Below, in pieces: positions 1 through 10,404 of a stretch of 64,000 nt of DNA. Numbering within the stretch: the stretch's first letter is position 1; the number at the start of each line of letters is the position of its first letter. Under the pieces are notes generated by a model. The model ran no database searches. It worked only from the letters and a program-made list of their open reading frames with translations, and was not told the DNA's origin. The stretch is from an uncultured Candidatus Binatia bacterium. GTDB taxonomy: Bacteria; Desulfobacterota; Binatia; UBA9968; JAJDTQ01. The position numbers and the translations under genes were made by a program. Where the stretch lies: assembly GCA_964291295.2 (NCBI GenBank), contig OZ219754.1, positions 1,664,001 to 1,728,000 on the forward strand, read 5' to 3'.

Positions 1-998
1 TCGTGTCTGACCAGGATTGTGCACGGCGTCAGGTTCCGGTGAACCATGGGTTCGCCGTCCACGCCCGACTCGTGGAGGTCGATCACCGCTCGAACCGCGC
101 CTCGCGCGAAATTTGACCGAGCGACGGCATCCCACGCGTCGTCGCGGGCGCGTTCCTGCAGGCCAGGTGCGGCGGGGTCCGCCACCGTGAAGAACTTGAT
201 CTCACCCGGATATCCCGGCGCGTCCTGAAACGAGTCGACGATACGCGGCGCCCAGCCATGCTGTTGAAGCCGTTGAAGTGCCCTCCACTCGCGTTCCGCT
301 TTCTGTGCAGCCTTCGTGTCATCCACTGAAAGGTCGTAAAGATGCAGCACTACCGGATCCTGCCGAGATGCATGGGTCGCCTTGTATATTCGATGAAAGT
401 GTTGGTCCAGGGGTGTCTGGAGAGTCAGACGTGTGTAACCAGCCATTCGCTTCAGGGTACCATCAATGGCGACGGCGCTCGTGGGCTCCAAGGCGCGGGC
501 CAACCGTTGGACCTGCTGTGCGGATAGCACATGCGTCGCATGGAATCCGACTGCATCGCGCCAAGTCTTGAACGTGTGGAAGGGAACACCGCGAACAGGT
601 TCCTGGTCCTCAAGGGCTGTGACCTTGGAAGCCGCCTCGGTCACCAGAAACACACCGTCCACCCGTGGCAGACCCTCAACCTGTCTGCGCAGCGTTGTGC
701 CGACCCTGCGTGCCTTGTGGGTGACGCGTCCCGCTTCCTGCTCAACAAGTTCGGAGTTGCGATGGACCCATGCCGCAGTCCAGTGCTTGACTTCGATGAC
801 TTGGACCCCGGATGGGCCGATAGCGACAATGTCAATCTCGTCAGACTGCCGACGGTTTTCCGCAGAGAAGGCCAAGTTTGTCAATAATATCCACTCGTCG
901 CCTCCGGGTTCGGAAATCAGGCGACTTCTGATTTGCTCGAACGCCTTGCGCTCGCTCTCGTTGACAGTCGGCCCGCACGGAACATGGTGCACGTTCAT
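1..998 (-). CDS. NERD nuclease domain + Ser/Thr kinase-like protein (PglW/Mokosh-like defence kinase), 3' part outside window
   Basis: Manual translation of the minus strand from ATG 998 gives MNVHHVPCGPTVNESERKAF...SDEIDIVAIGPSGVQVIEVKHW (NERD E-I-D...E-V-K motif), then ...AEREWRALQRL...MVHRNLTPCTILV (kinase catalytic-loop-like). It stays open to the window edge, so it is absent from the ORF track. Confidence 0.85.
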   Translation of the reverse strand, partial: MNVHHVPCGPTVNESERKAFEQIRSRLISEPGGDEWILLTNLAFSAENRRQSDEIDIVAIGPSGVQVIEVKHWTAAWVHRNSELVEQEAGRVTHKARRVGTTLRRQVEGLPRVDGVFLVTEAASKVTALEDQEPVRGVPFHTFKTWRDAVGFHATHVLSAQQVQRLARALEPTSAVAIDGTLKRMAGYTRLTLQTPLDQHFHRIYKATHASRQDPVVLHLYDLSVDDTKAAQKAEREWRALQRLQQHGWAPRIVDSFQDAPGYPGEIKFFTVADPAAPGLQERARDDAWDAVARSNFARGAVRAVIDLHESGVDGEPMVHRNLTPCTILVRH

Positions 999-1326
999 GG
1001 CCACATGCTACGCGATTCGGATGGTCAAATCCAGACGGTTGCAGTCACGACGGTGCTATGGAGTGGGGATGCAGCGGGGACCGTCACCCATTTGATTCCA
1101 TTGGTGAATTCGTCCAGCGTCTTGTTCACGGAACCCGGTGTTCATCCTGATCGTACAGCATGATATTGTAATATTCGATATGAAACTGAAAAATTGGCGA
1201 CATGATCTGTCGGAATCGAATAGCCATGCGGATCCTGGCCTCCTGCCAGCCACCGAAGCGAACCGCGCCGTGCCGTTGACAGCCGCTTGCATTTGTCTGA
1301 TAGTCCGCCGGGACATGGCTGAATGT

Positions 1327-1372
1327 CCGGTCGCGGAGACCCGGTCGCGGAGACCCGGTCGCGGAGACCCGG
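1327..1372. repeat. 14-bp tandem repeat (ccggtcgcggagac) x3
   Basis: Seen directly upstream of the amidohydrolase RBS. Confidence 0.85.
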
Positions 1373-1399
1373 CCACCGAGGCCCAGGGGAGGAGAGCCA

Positions 1400-2506
1400 A
1401 TGAAGAAGACGGATGTCGTGGATGCGGACTCGCACGTCATGGAGGTTCCCGGGACCTGGGATTATCTGGGCGAGGAGTTCCAGCACAGAAGGCCGGTGGT
1501 GGTGCAGGGCGAGGGGCTGGCCACCAACGCGCTCATTGATGCGTGGTGGCTCATCGACGGTCAGATTCATCCCCGCTTGTGGGGACCGGGCACGACGTTC
1601 AGCGGTACGCCGCTGGAGATGAAGTTCGCGCGGGACAAGATATTCGACATCGGCAGTCAGGGCATGACCGACATCGATGCCCGCATCAAGGATCTGGACG
1701 CCTTCGGCATCGACATCCAGGTGATCTATTCCTCCATCCTGTTCCATCGCCTCACCGAGGATCCCCGATTCGAGGCCGCCTTGATGCGGAGCTACAATAC
1801 CTGGATCTCCCAGCGCTGCGGCGAGCGTCCCGAGCGCATCAAGTGGGCCGCGGTCATTCCCATGCGGGATCGCGAAGCCTGCGTGGCCGAGGTCCATCGC
1901 GCCCGGGAGCTGGGTGCGGTGGGCCTCATGATCGGCGGCACCGCCGGCCAGACCCTGCTGCACCACCCCGACCTGACGCCTTTCTACGAGGCAGCGTGCG
2001 CGGTGGACCTGCCGGTGTGCATCCACACGGGCTGGAGCGTGCCGGGCCTGACGCAGACCTGCGAGGACCCCTACGCGTCGCTGATCCTGAGCTTTACCCT
2101 GCCGGTGTTGATGGGTTTCTTCAGCATCCTGGGCGGCGGCGTGCTCGACCGCCATCCGAAACTCCGGGTGGCTTTTCTGGAGGCGGGTTCCGAGTGGATC
2201 CCTTACATGGTGGGGCGGATGGATCACTACCACCCGGTGGTGGCGATGTTCGGCAACCGTTCCAGGAGACCGCCTGGCGACTACCTCGCTGAAGGGCGGG
2301 TGTACGTGACCTGCGAGGCGGAGGAGGCGCTGCTGCCCCAAGTCATCGATCTCGTGGGCGAAGACCAGATTCTCATCGAGGGCGACATCCCCCATGCCGA
2401 AGCCCGGGAAACCGGCATCGAGGAACTCCGTCAACGCACCGACATCTCCGAGCGGGTCAAGCAGAAGATCCTGCGCGAGAACGGCCTGGCGTTCTACCGG
2501 CTGTGA
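1400..2506 (+). CDS. amidohydrolase_2 family protein
   Basis: N-terminal DADSH, HTGW, FLEAG, late GDIPH motif; GGAGGAG RBS. Confidence 0.9.
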   Translation: MKKTDVVDADSHVMEVPGTWDYLGEEFQHRRPVVVQGEGLATNALIDAWWLIDGQIHPRLWGPGTTFSGTPLEMKFARDKIFDIGSQGMTDIDARIKDLDAFGIDIQVIYSSILFHRLTEDPRFEAALMRSYNTWISQRCGERPERIKWAAVIPMRDREACVAEVHRARELGAVGLMIGGTAGQTLLHHPDLTPFYEAACAVDLPVCIHTGWSVPGLTQTCEDPYASLILSFTLPVLMGFFSILGGGVLDRHPKLRVAFLEAGSEWIPYMVGRMDHYHPVVAMFGNRSRRPPGDYLAEGRVYVTCEAEEALLPQVIDLVGEDQILIEGDIPHAEARETGIEELRQRTDISERVKQKILRENGLAFYRL

Positions 2507-2596
2507 CGCCGCCGGCAACACCACGGAGGTCAAGCAGCCGCCGGGCGCAGCAAAATCGCGGCAATCAAAGTCGCGCCAATGGCGGTTCCCGTGTTC

Positions 2597-3484
2597 TCAG
2601 GCTTCCGCCTTGACGTGCAACTCCATCACGCCGATTTTCTCGATCTCGCCTCTGAGCCGGTCGCCGTCCTGAAGCGTGTGGACCCCGGCGGGCGTGCCGG
2701 TGGTGATGAGGTCGCCGGGCCGCAGGGTGACTACGCTCGAAAGGAACCGGATATGGTCCCGGACCCCGCAGATCATGTCGCTCGTGTGGGCGGTCATGAC
2801 CTGCTCGCCGTTGTGCCAGGCGCTGAGGGAGAGGTTCTGCGGTTCCGGTATCTCGTCCCGGGTGACGATCCATGGACCCAAGGGGCTGAAGGTGTCGAAC
2901 CCTTTGCGGATGTTGCGGGTGTTCTGCTTGCCGCGGCCCCAAGGGTCCCGCTGGCTGATGTCCCAGCAGATGGTGTAGCCGAAGACGTAGTCCAGCGCCT
3001 CCTCTTCGGTGACCTTCCGGGCGGTCTTGCCGATGACCACGCACAGTTCGCATTCGAAGTCCACGTCGTGCGAGACCTTGGGAATGACCACGGTGCCGCC
3101 GGGGCCGATGATGGACGATACCGGCTTCAGGAAGTCCTGGGACATGTGGTCGTCCTTGTCCGGCACCGCCTGGGGTCCGCCGCCCATGCGCGTTTCCATC
3201 TCCTTGCGGTGGTCCATGTAGTTGGAGGCCGCGGCCCAGAGCGAGGTGGGGTTGTCGATGGGGGCCCGCAGAACCACCTCGTCCAGCGGCACCGACGCTC
3301 CGGACCGGATGCATTCGTCGACACAGGACCGGGCGTTCGGATTGTTCGTCAACGCCTCGATGACCTGGATCATCGTGTAGTCGGCCTTCAGGATCCCCGC
3401 CGCCGTCATGGCCGCGCCGATGGGGTGGACCCTGTCGTCCACCACCGCACCGGCCTGCTTCGCGTCGTAGGTACAGACCTTCAT
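2597..3484 (-). CDS. fumarylacetoacetate hydrolase (FAH) family protein
   Basis: DFECELCVVIGK, GYTICWDISQRD, KGFDTFSPLGP, GDLITTGTPAGV; start MKVCTY after a GAAGGAGA RBS. Confidence 0.92.
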   Translation of the reverse strand: MKVCTYDAKQAGAVVDDRVHPIGAAMTAAGILKADYTMIQVIEALTNNPNARSCVDECIRSGASVPLDEVVLRAPIDNPTSLWAAASNYMDHRKEMETRMGGGPQAVPDKDDHMSQDFLKPVSSIIGPGGTVVIPKVSHDVDFECELCVVIGKTARKVTEEEALDYVFGYTICWDISQRDPWGRGKQNTRNIRKGFDTFSPLGPWIVTRDEIPEPQNLSLSAWHNGEQVMTAHTSDMICGVRDHIRFLSSVVTLRPGDLITTGTPAGVHTLQDGDRLRGEIEKIGVMELHVKAEA

Positions 3485-3664
3485 GCAATCTCCTTCATCC
3501 TGGTGTGTGCGCGCCGCTTCATGGGCCTGCCCGCAGGGGGCCTGCCCGCAGGGGAGCCGCCTTCGTCGGGCGCCGCGTTCGCGCGTGGGTGCCTTATAGC
3601 ACAATGCCCCGGCGGTGGCACAGGGCGCGTCGGCCCGGCGCGGATATGGCAAGATGAATTCCCG

Positions 3665-3760
3665 CAGTGTGCTCACACGCATACACACGCCCAGTGTGCT
3701 CACACGCCCAGTGTGCGCACACTGTCCAGAGTCCTCGCAGTGTCCCTACTCACAATGTCC
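3665..3760. repeat. imperfect short repeats (cagtgtgctcacac-like)
   Basis: Three near-palindromic gtgtgc(t)cacac units in a divergent intergenic region. Confidence 0.55.
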
Positions 3761-3792
3761 TCAGTACGGCGGACCCGCCGTGGAGACCGAAC

Positions 3793-4605
3793 ATGAGAAC
3801 GCGGATTCGACACATCGCCCTCCATACGGAGAACTGGGACCGCATGGCCCGGTTCTATCAGACGGTCTTCGGCATGAAGAAGATCACCACCGGGATGACC
3901 GACGAGAAGGGAAACTACAATCCCGACCGCGGCCACATCAGCGACGGGGTCGTCGGTTTCGCCATGTTGCAGAAACACCCGGGGAACCCGTCCGGCCTGG
4001 ACCATTTCGGCTTCGAGGTGGAGGAGATACCGCAGGTGCTGGAACGAATGCGCCGCGGCTATCCCGACCTGCTGGTGGCGCGGAGCCTTCCTCATGTGCC
4101 GTTCTCGGTCTCCCGCGGCACCGACCCGTGCGGCACGCAGTTCGATATTTCGCAGAAGGGCGCGGCCAAGGTCCGGGAGGGATACCTTGAGGACGGCTGG
4201 GATCAGGCGCGGCAGGTCAGCCATATCGCCATCCGCTCCCGGCGGCCGGAGCAGGTGGCCGAGTTCTATCACCAAGTGTTCGAACTCGACGCGGGGGCGG
4301 CGCCGTCGGCGGACGGCAGCTTTCGCGTCACCGACGGGAAGGTGCAATTGCTCGTGCGTCCGTGCGACAACGCGCTCTACCGGGGCATGCGCGAGGGGCT
4401 GGACCACATCGGTTTTCGGGTCGAGGATCTGGAGCGGACGCGGCAGGACATCGAGGCCCTGGCCGAGGCGGCGCCCGAAGCCTCTCCCGCCAATCTGGAT
4501 GTGGGCCGGTTCGGCGCCATGACGCGCGCGGACCTTGAGGGCTGCGTCATCGGCCAGTATGCCATGGCCGACCCGGACGGCATCCTGCTCGACCTCACCG
4601 AATAG
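3793..4605 (+). CDS. VOC (glyoxalase/extradiol dioxygenase) family protein, two domains
   Basis: RIRHIAL...FYQTVFG...GLDHFGFEV repeated as SHIAI...FYHQVF...GLDHIGFRV; DPDGILLDL. Confidence 0.85.
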   Translation: MRTRIRHIALHTENWDRMARFYQTVFGMKKITTGMTDEKGNYNPDRGHISDGVVGFAMLQKHPGNPSGLDHFGFEVEEIPQVLERMRRGYPDLLVARSLPHVPFSVSRGTDPCGTQFDISQKGAAKVREGYLEDGWDQARQVSHIAIRSRRPEQVAEFYHQVFELDAGAAPSADGSFRVTDGKVQLLVRPCDNALYRGMREGLDHIGFRVEDLERTRQDIEALAEAAPEASPANLDVGRFGAMTRADLEGCVIGQYAMADPDGILLDLTE

Positions 4606-4701
4606 CCGACGGGAGTCGGCGGGACCGGGCACCACGAGGTACCGCAGGCGAGGCACCGCCGGGCAACGCCGACCATCCGCTCACCGCTTACGGCCCACCG
4701 C

Positions 4702-6060
4702 CTACGCTCGCGGCGGGGTGGCCGCCCGGGCCACGGCGGCGGCATCCTCCAGGGTGGCCACTTCGCGGCAGGCGCGTATCATCGCCTGCGCCTGCGCCGG
4801 CCCCAGCACCGGATCGGCGAGGGCGTGCACCTTTGCGTCCATGGCCTCGTCGGACAGCGGGCATTCCAGGCTTCCCGAGCAGTGCGTGACGACCTCCCGG
4901 AAGGAACGGCCGTCCTTCAACCGCAGGGTCGCCACCGCGCCGGCCTCACTCAAGTCATCGTCCGCCACGGCCCACACGCGGTCCCGTACGGCCATGACCC
5001 GGGGGTTCCGGACGGTTTCGTCGGTGAACTCGGCGATGCCCGCCCGTCCCAGCACCAGGGCCGCCGCGACGGCGTGATGGACGCTGAACTTGCCCTGCAG
5101 GCCGGTTCGGGGTGACCTGTTCCCGGTCAGCTCCAGCACCAGCGGGTGGACCCGCAGCTCCACGGCCGCGATGTCGTCGCCGGTGAGTGCGTGCGCCTGT
5201 TTCAGCCGGATGCAGGCGTCGAGGCTCGGATGGATCACCACCCCGCAGGGGTAGGGCTTGTAGGTGTTGAGCAGGATCTCGTAGCTGTCGCCGAGGCCGC
5301 CGCAGATGGCGGCGTAGTCCTGCTTCGTGGACAGCACCCGGGCGAAGCCCCGGGGGGCTTCGATGGCGCGTTCGGAGCCGGTCAGCCCCTCGGCGGCCAG
5401 CAGCGCCGCGGCCAGGCCGCTCTGCGCCGCCCGCCCGATGAGGAAGGGCTTCAACATGGTGCCGAACATCTCCCGCAGCCCGGCGGCCTGGGTCGCGGCC
5501 GCGGCCAGCGCCCAGCACATGCGCCGTACGTCCAGGCCCGCCAGGCGGCCGGCGGCGGCGGCGGCGCCGAACACCCCGGCGGTGCCGGTGATGTGCCAGC
5601 CGGCGTCGTAGTGGTCCGGGTAGACGGCGTTGCCGATGCGGCATTCGACCTCGACCCCGAGGATCAGCGCGTGAAGAAAGTCCCGGCCCGAGACCGGCCG
5701 GTGCTCGGCCAGCGCCACCAGGGCCGACGCCACCGGCCCGGCGGGATGGATGATGGTGCGCAGGTGCGTGTCGTCGAAGTCGAACACATGGGAGCTGATG
5801 CCGTTCAGCAGCGACGCGTGCAGCGCGTCCACCCGCTCCCCGCGCCCCAGCACCGAGGACTGCGGCGGCCCCATGAAGGGACCCAGGGCGCGCAGCGTGA
5901 TATCGACGGATTCGTGGCCCGAGCCGCCCACGGCGCATCCCATCCAGTTGAGCAGGGTGCGCGCGGCTTCGCCGCGCACGTCATCGGGAACGGCCTCAAA
6001 GTCCGAAACACAGACCCATTCCGCCAGCCTTCGGGTCACGTCCATATCCGGGGTGCTCAT
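4702..6060 (-). CDS. MmgE/PrpD family protein
   Basis: NGISSHVFDFDDTH, IHPAGPV, GWHITGT, KPYPCG; start MSTPDMD inferred. Confidence 0.92.
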   Translation of the reverse strand: MSTPDMDVTRRLAEWVCVSDFEAVPDDVRGEAARTLLNWMGCAVGGSGHESVDITLRALGPFMGPPQSSVLGRGERVDALHASLLNGISSHVFDFDDTHLRTIIHPAGPVASALVALAEHRPVSGRDFLHALILGVEVECRIGNAVYPDHYDAGWHITGTAGVFGAAAAAGRLAGLDVRRMCWALAAAATQAAGLREMFGTMLKPFLIGRAAQSGLAAALLAAEGLTGSERAIEAPRGFARVLSTKQDYAAICGGLGDSYEILLNTYKPYPCGVVIHPSLDACIRLKQAHALTGDDIAAVELRVHPLVLELTGNRSPRTGLQGKFSVHHAVAAALVLGRAGIAEFTDETVRNPRVMAVRDRVWAVADDDLSEAGAVATLRLKDGRSFREVVTHCSGSLECPLSDEAMDAKVHALADPVLGPAQAQAMIRACREVATLEDAAAVARAATPPRA

Positions 6061-6240
6061 GCGAGGGGCTCCATCCGCCGGCGGCCCGCGGTCCCGCACG
6101 CGTTCTACGCGCGCCGTCCTTGACAAGGCGCGTCCGGAGCTTGAATGTGCGGACCTTGAATCTGGGTTCCCGATCAAGGTTCCCGCCTTGAATCCGGGCT
6201 GCCGGTTTGTCAATGTAGCTTGAAACGACGGAGGTGAGAA

Positions 6241-7362
6241 ATGAACTGCGTAGATGCCGACGGCCATGTGGAAGAGTGCCTGGACACATTCGACGACAAG
6301 TACCTGGACCCCGGTCACCGCAGCCAGCGGCCCCGGGTGGTGGGTGTGGACGGCATGGCCTACTGGATGATCGACGAGCAGCTCTTCCCCCGCCGGGTGG
6401 GTCGAGGGTGCAACAACCTGGGCACGCCCGTCACCATCAACGGCGAGCCCGCCAGACACTCCGTGGGCAAGGTGGACAGCGTCGCGAGCCAGGAGTTGAC
6501 CAACATCGAGGAGCGGCTGGCGATCATGGACGAGGAGGAGATCGCCGTGCAGGTGGTCTATCCGACGCTCTTTCTCGCCTATCCGCTCACCGACAACGTG
6601 CCCCTGGCCACCGCGTTGTGCGACTCGTACAACCGCTGGCTGGGTGACCGGCTGGGCGGCAACGATCGTATCAAGTGGTCTGCGGTGGTGAATCTCGACG
6701 ACGTGGCCGGCGCCGTGCGTTCCGTGCACGAGGCCGCGAAGCTGGGGGCGGTTTCGGTCATGGTGCTGGGGACCGCGGGAGACCGGCTGCTGGACGACGA
6801 CGAACTGCGGCCCTTCCATGAGGCGGTGGAGGGGGAGAACCTGGCACTGGGGGTTCACGTCGGCTGGTCCTGTCCCTCGGTGAACAACCTCTATTCCCAC
6901 ATCTACCCGTCCGGCGTCATCGCCTTCCACATGCCCGTCCTGATGGCCTGCACATCACTGATCGCCGGCGGCGTCCTCGACCGGCATCCGGACATGCGGG
7001 TGGTGTTCCTCGAGGCCGGGTGCATGTGGGTGCCCTTCATGCTCGACCGGTTGAAGCACCGGTACGAGAACCAGGGAGAGCTGCTGTTGAAGTTCATTCC
7101 CGAATGTGTCCCCCGGCAGGCGCTGCCGGCCATGGACTACGTCCGGAAGGGGAACCTGTTCTTCAGTGCCGAGATCGAGGACTATCTGCTGCCGCAGGTG
7201 ATGGGTGAAGTCGGACAGGGGCAGATCGTCATGGGGACGGACATGCCTCACGGCGACCGGGAACGCTTCGCCGCGCGCCAGCTGCGGGCACGCACCGACA
7301 TCTCCGACGCCGCCAAGGACGCCATCCTGGATGCCAATCCCCGACGGCTCTACGCGCTGTAG
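6241..7362 (+). CDS. amidohydrolase_2 family protein
   Basis: DADGH, HVGW, FLEAG, GTDMPH; GGAGG RBS. Confidence 0.9.
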   Translation: MNCVDADGHVEECLDTFDDKYLDPGHRSQRPRVVGVDGMAYWMIDEQLFPRRVGRGCNNLGTPVTINGEPARHSVGKVDSVASQELTNIEERLAIMDEEEIAVQVVYPTLFLAYPLTDNVPLATALCDSYNRWLGDRLGGNDRIKWSAVVNLDDVAGAVRSVHEAAKLGAVSVMVLGTAGDRLLDDDELRPFHEAVEGENLALGVHVGWSCPSVNNLYSHIYPSGVIAFHMPVLMACTSLIAGGVLDRHPDMRVVFLEAGCMWVPFMLDRLKHRYENQGELLLKFIPECVPRQALPAMDYVRKGNLFFSAEIEDYLLPQVMGEVGQGQIVMGTDMPHGDRERFAARQLRARTDISDAAKDAILDANPRRLYAL

Positions 7363-7595
7363 GGCTGCGGGAGAGGCACCGGGTCGGCCGCAGGAGAGCC
7401 GCCGGGTCATGCGGGCGACTGTCGATCCGTATCATGGGTCGCCGATTTGCCGGCCACGCCGGCATCGAGGTGGTGGCGCTCCCTGTGGCCCTCCGCAAGG
7501 TCGCCATGTCGCGCCGCCGCGGGGTCTCCAGCATGCCCTTGGCCGAGCTTGGTCAGGCCGCCACGGAGTTCGGTCTCTTGACTCCCGCCGCGCCG

Positions 7596-8612
7596 CTACG
7601 CCCACCGCGGCGCCACCTGCCCGGCAAGCAGACTGATGGAGTTGAGCACCTGCTCGTGCGGGATCTGGCCGCCGTAGTTCATGTCCAGGATGAGGCCGGT
7701 CAGGCCCATGCGCTCGCGGAACTCCTCAAGGCGGTCGATCACCGACTCGGGTGAGCCGAAGATCACGCGGGTGCGCAGGAATTCGTCGTAGTTGTTCAGG
7801 AACGCTTCCGCCTTGGCCACGCGGTCGGCGGCGTTCATGGCCTTGGCTTCGGTGATGACCCGGTGAAGGTCGTGAACCACGCTGCTCCTGGGCGTCTCCC
7901 GCGCCAGGGTCTCCGACTCGGCGATGAAGACGGGCACGCGCACGTGGATCTCCGGGGCCTCGGCATGACCCGATGCATGCCATTCCTCGCGATAGATCTG
8001 CAGGCAGTCGTCGTAGTAGTCGCCCATGAACCACAACACCACGTGGAAACCTCGTCTGGCGGTGGCGGCAAAGCCTTCGGGGGTACGCACGGCCATGTAG
8101 ATGGGTGGATGGGGCTGCTGCAGCGGACGCGGCGAAATGCGAATGTCCTGGTACGAGTAGTAGTCGCCCTCGAAGGAGAAGGTGTCCTGGGTGAAGGCGC
8201 GCATGACGATCTCGAACGACTCGGCGAAACGCGCGGTGCTCTCCGCGTAGGGGATGTTGAAGCCCTCGTAGAACTTGGGGATGCTGCTCCGGCCAACGCC
8301 GAAATCGAACCGCCCGTGGCTCATGTGGTCGATGGAGGCCACCTCCTCGGCAATGCGCAGCGGGTTTCCCAAGGGCAGCACCTGCACGGCCGTACCGATG
8401 CGCACGCGCCTGGTCCGCGACGCGATGGCGCCGGCCACCGCCATGGAGGCGGAGAGCACCGATGCCTGGGGTCGGAAGTGGTGCTCGACGATCCAGACCG
8501 AGTCCAGGCCCATGGACTCGGCGGCATCCACTTGGGAGAACAGTTCGTCGAAGGCCAAGGTCTGTCCCTGGCCCTTGCGCACGTGACAATCAACCAGCAA
8601 GCCGAACTTCAT
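7596..8612 (-). CDS. LLM class flavin-dependent oxidoreductase
   Basis: MKFGL, SVWIVEHHF, PLRIAEEVASIDHMSHGRFDFGVGR, PRPLQQPHPPI. Confidence 0.92.
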   Translation of the reverse strand: MKFGLLVDCHVRKGQGQTLAFDELFSQVDAAESMGLDSVWIVEHHFRPQASVLSASMAVAGAIASRTRRVRIGTAVQVLPLGNPLRIAEEVASIDHMSHGRFDFGVGRSSIPKFYEGFNIPYAESTARFAESFEIVMRAFTQDTFSFEGDYYSYQDIRISPRPLQQPHPPIYMAVRTPEGFAATARRGFHVVLWFMGDYYDDCLQIYREEWHASGHAEAPEIHVRVPVFIAESETLARETPRSSVVHDLHRVITEAKAMNAADRVAKAEAFLNNYDEFLRTRVIFGSPESVIDRLEEFRERMGLTGLILDMNYGGQIPHEQVLNSISLLAGQVAPRWA

Positions 8613-8932
8613 TCACACGCACTCCGTAGCAGGCGCGGGAGCGGCCGCCAGCGGGCAGGCACATTCGCCCGAGCGCAGGGCAGCGGCCTTGGTGGTGGTG
8701 TCGCCAAGGCTGCCCGCGCTTGGTGTTGCCAGCAGTCTGCGCCGCGGAAGAGATCTGTGGTACTGAAGTCCACCAGAGTCCCCACCGGCGCCCAGTCCAT
8801 CCGCGCTCGATCCATTTCCGCCCGGTTCCCTTCCAACAGCGGGGCAGAGCTGCACATTCCCGGCGTTCCGGACAAGAATCCGGACATGTTTCCCCACCCG
8901 CCATCTCCCGGAGCGTCCCGCGGCGCAGATTC

Positions 8933-10009
8933 CTACGCCGCCTGCAGAGCCTTGTAATGGACGTCCTTGGAGACGGGCGCCAGTCCGCTGGCGATGATGG
9001 ACCAGCTGTCCCCGGCATCGTCACTGCCATAGACATCCCCGTTGGTGGTGGCGGCGAAGACCGAGACCGCGCCGCCGGCCGCTTCCAGGCAGAGCGCCTC
9101 GACGCTCGCCTGCAGCCGGTCCGGAAGCCCGTTTCGCAGAATCTCCCAGGTGCGGCCCCCGTCCACGCTGCGCGAGATGCGTGCGTCCGCGGTACGGGTC
9201 GTTTGCCACTGCCCCGGGTTGTATCGGGCGCTGCTGATGAACATCAGGTCGGGCTTCTGCGGGTGCATCACGCAGCCGTCCGGATAGTTGCCGATCTCCG
9301 ACGGGCGGGAGATCCACTCCTCGAAGCTCTCGCCCCCGTCCCGGGAGACGTACAGCCCGCGCCCGGTGACGGCGTACAGCCGCTTGCCGTCCTCCGGATG
9401 AATCACCGTCCTGTGGGCGTCCACGTAGATTCCGTGGAGCTGCCGGAAGGACTCCCCGCGGTCGCTGCTCTTGAACAGGCCACCCACTTCCACGCTGACG
9501 TACAGGGTGTCGGGATCGTGCGGGTCGAAGTTCACGTGCTTGGCATGGGCGATGTGCGGCGGAACCGGGAACGACCAGTCGGCCACGCCGGGCACCGACC
9601 GGAGCGCCGTCAATTCGGTCCAGTGCCCGCCCAGGTCGTCGCTGCAGAACAGGTGTGCCGGCTCGGTGCCGGCATAGACGCGGGTGTGGCCATTGCTCCG
9701 GGAAGAGGCGATGCTGTAGACGTCCCTTTCGGTCAAGCCGTCCTCCCGGGCTTCCCAGGTGGTGCCGCCGTCCGCGCTCACGTGCAACCCGCCATGAAAC
9801 GCGCCGGCAAAGAACAGGCCGCTCTCCGGCTCCTGGTGAATGGCGCTGATGTGCTTGTCCGACAGCATGTGCCGGGCGACGCGCCAGCCGTTGCCGCCGG
9901 AGTCGCGCTCCAGCACGGCAATGCCTCTGCGGGTGCCGACCCAGACTTCGTTGGAGCGGTCAGGAGATGTGTAGATGGTGGTTCCGCCGTGGGACAGTGC
10001 GATGGTCAT
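8933..10009 (-). CDS. BNR/Asp-box repeat beta-propeller protein (no signal peptide)
   Basis: Multiple S-x-D-G-G-x-T/S-W Asp-boxes; start MTIALSHGG after AAGGAGG. Confidence 0.85.
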   Translation of the reverse strand: MTIALSHGGTTIYTSPDRSNEVWVGTRRGIAVLERDSGGNGWRVARHMLSDKHISAIHQEPESGLFFAGAFHGGLHVSADGGTTWEAREDGLTERDVYSIASSRSNGHTRVYAGTEPAHLFCSDDLGGHWTELTALRSVPGVADWSFPVPPHIAHAKHVNFDPHDPDTLYVSVEVGGLFKSSDRGESFRQLHGIYVDAHRTVIHPEDGKRLYAVTGRGLYVSRDGGESFEEWISRPSEIGNYPDGCVMHPQKPDLMFISSARYNPGQWQTTRTADARISRSVDGGRTWEILRNGLPDRLQASVEALCLEAAGGAVSVFAATTNGDVYGSDDAGDSWSIIASGLAPVSKDVHYKALQAA

Positions 10010-10055
10010 GGCGATGCCTCCTTGAAGGGTTCGACTCCGGCTCCGGGTGCGTGGA

Positions 10056-10103
10056 GGAACCTCTTCGACGGTCTGACTTCGATGGAACCTCTTCGAGGGT
10101 CTG
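10056..10103. repeat. direct repeat ggaacctcttcga(c/g)ggtctga x2
   Basis: Seen directly, period about 28 bp, upstream of the BNR gene; possible operator. Confidence 0.5.
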
Positions 10104-10404
10104 AGCCGGTTTCGAAAGCCGTTTTCGAAAGAACGGCGGGACAGTCCTTGCACGCAAGGCGGTACACCTTCGCCCGGGTGGTGTCAAGGCTTGGCCGGCA
10201 GGGCCGCGTGAAGAAGGGCTCCTGCGCTTCCGAGCGGGGACACCGAGGTACAGGACGGAACTGGCACGGCGGCGGGTCCCGTACGGGGTTTTCGGCGAGG
10301 GGAGCGAAAGGGCGCCGCGCGGTCCCACCGGGCAGGTGGAACAGGGTATCTGCCAGCAGTACAGCCTGGACTTGGCCCGGGGCCATGGTCAGGGCGCGTC
10401 AGTG

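Noticed and set aside
278-1163. Several + strand ORFs (342-527, 466-1095, 531-887)
   Set aside because: Antisense shadows of the minus-strand NERD-kinase gene.
6061-6930. 742-aa version of the MmgE/PrpD ORF
   Set aside because: The extension overlaps the opposite-strand amidohydrolase; family similarity starts near 6060.
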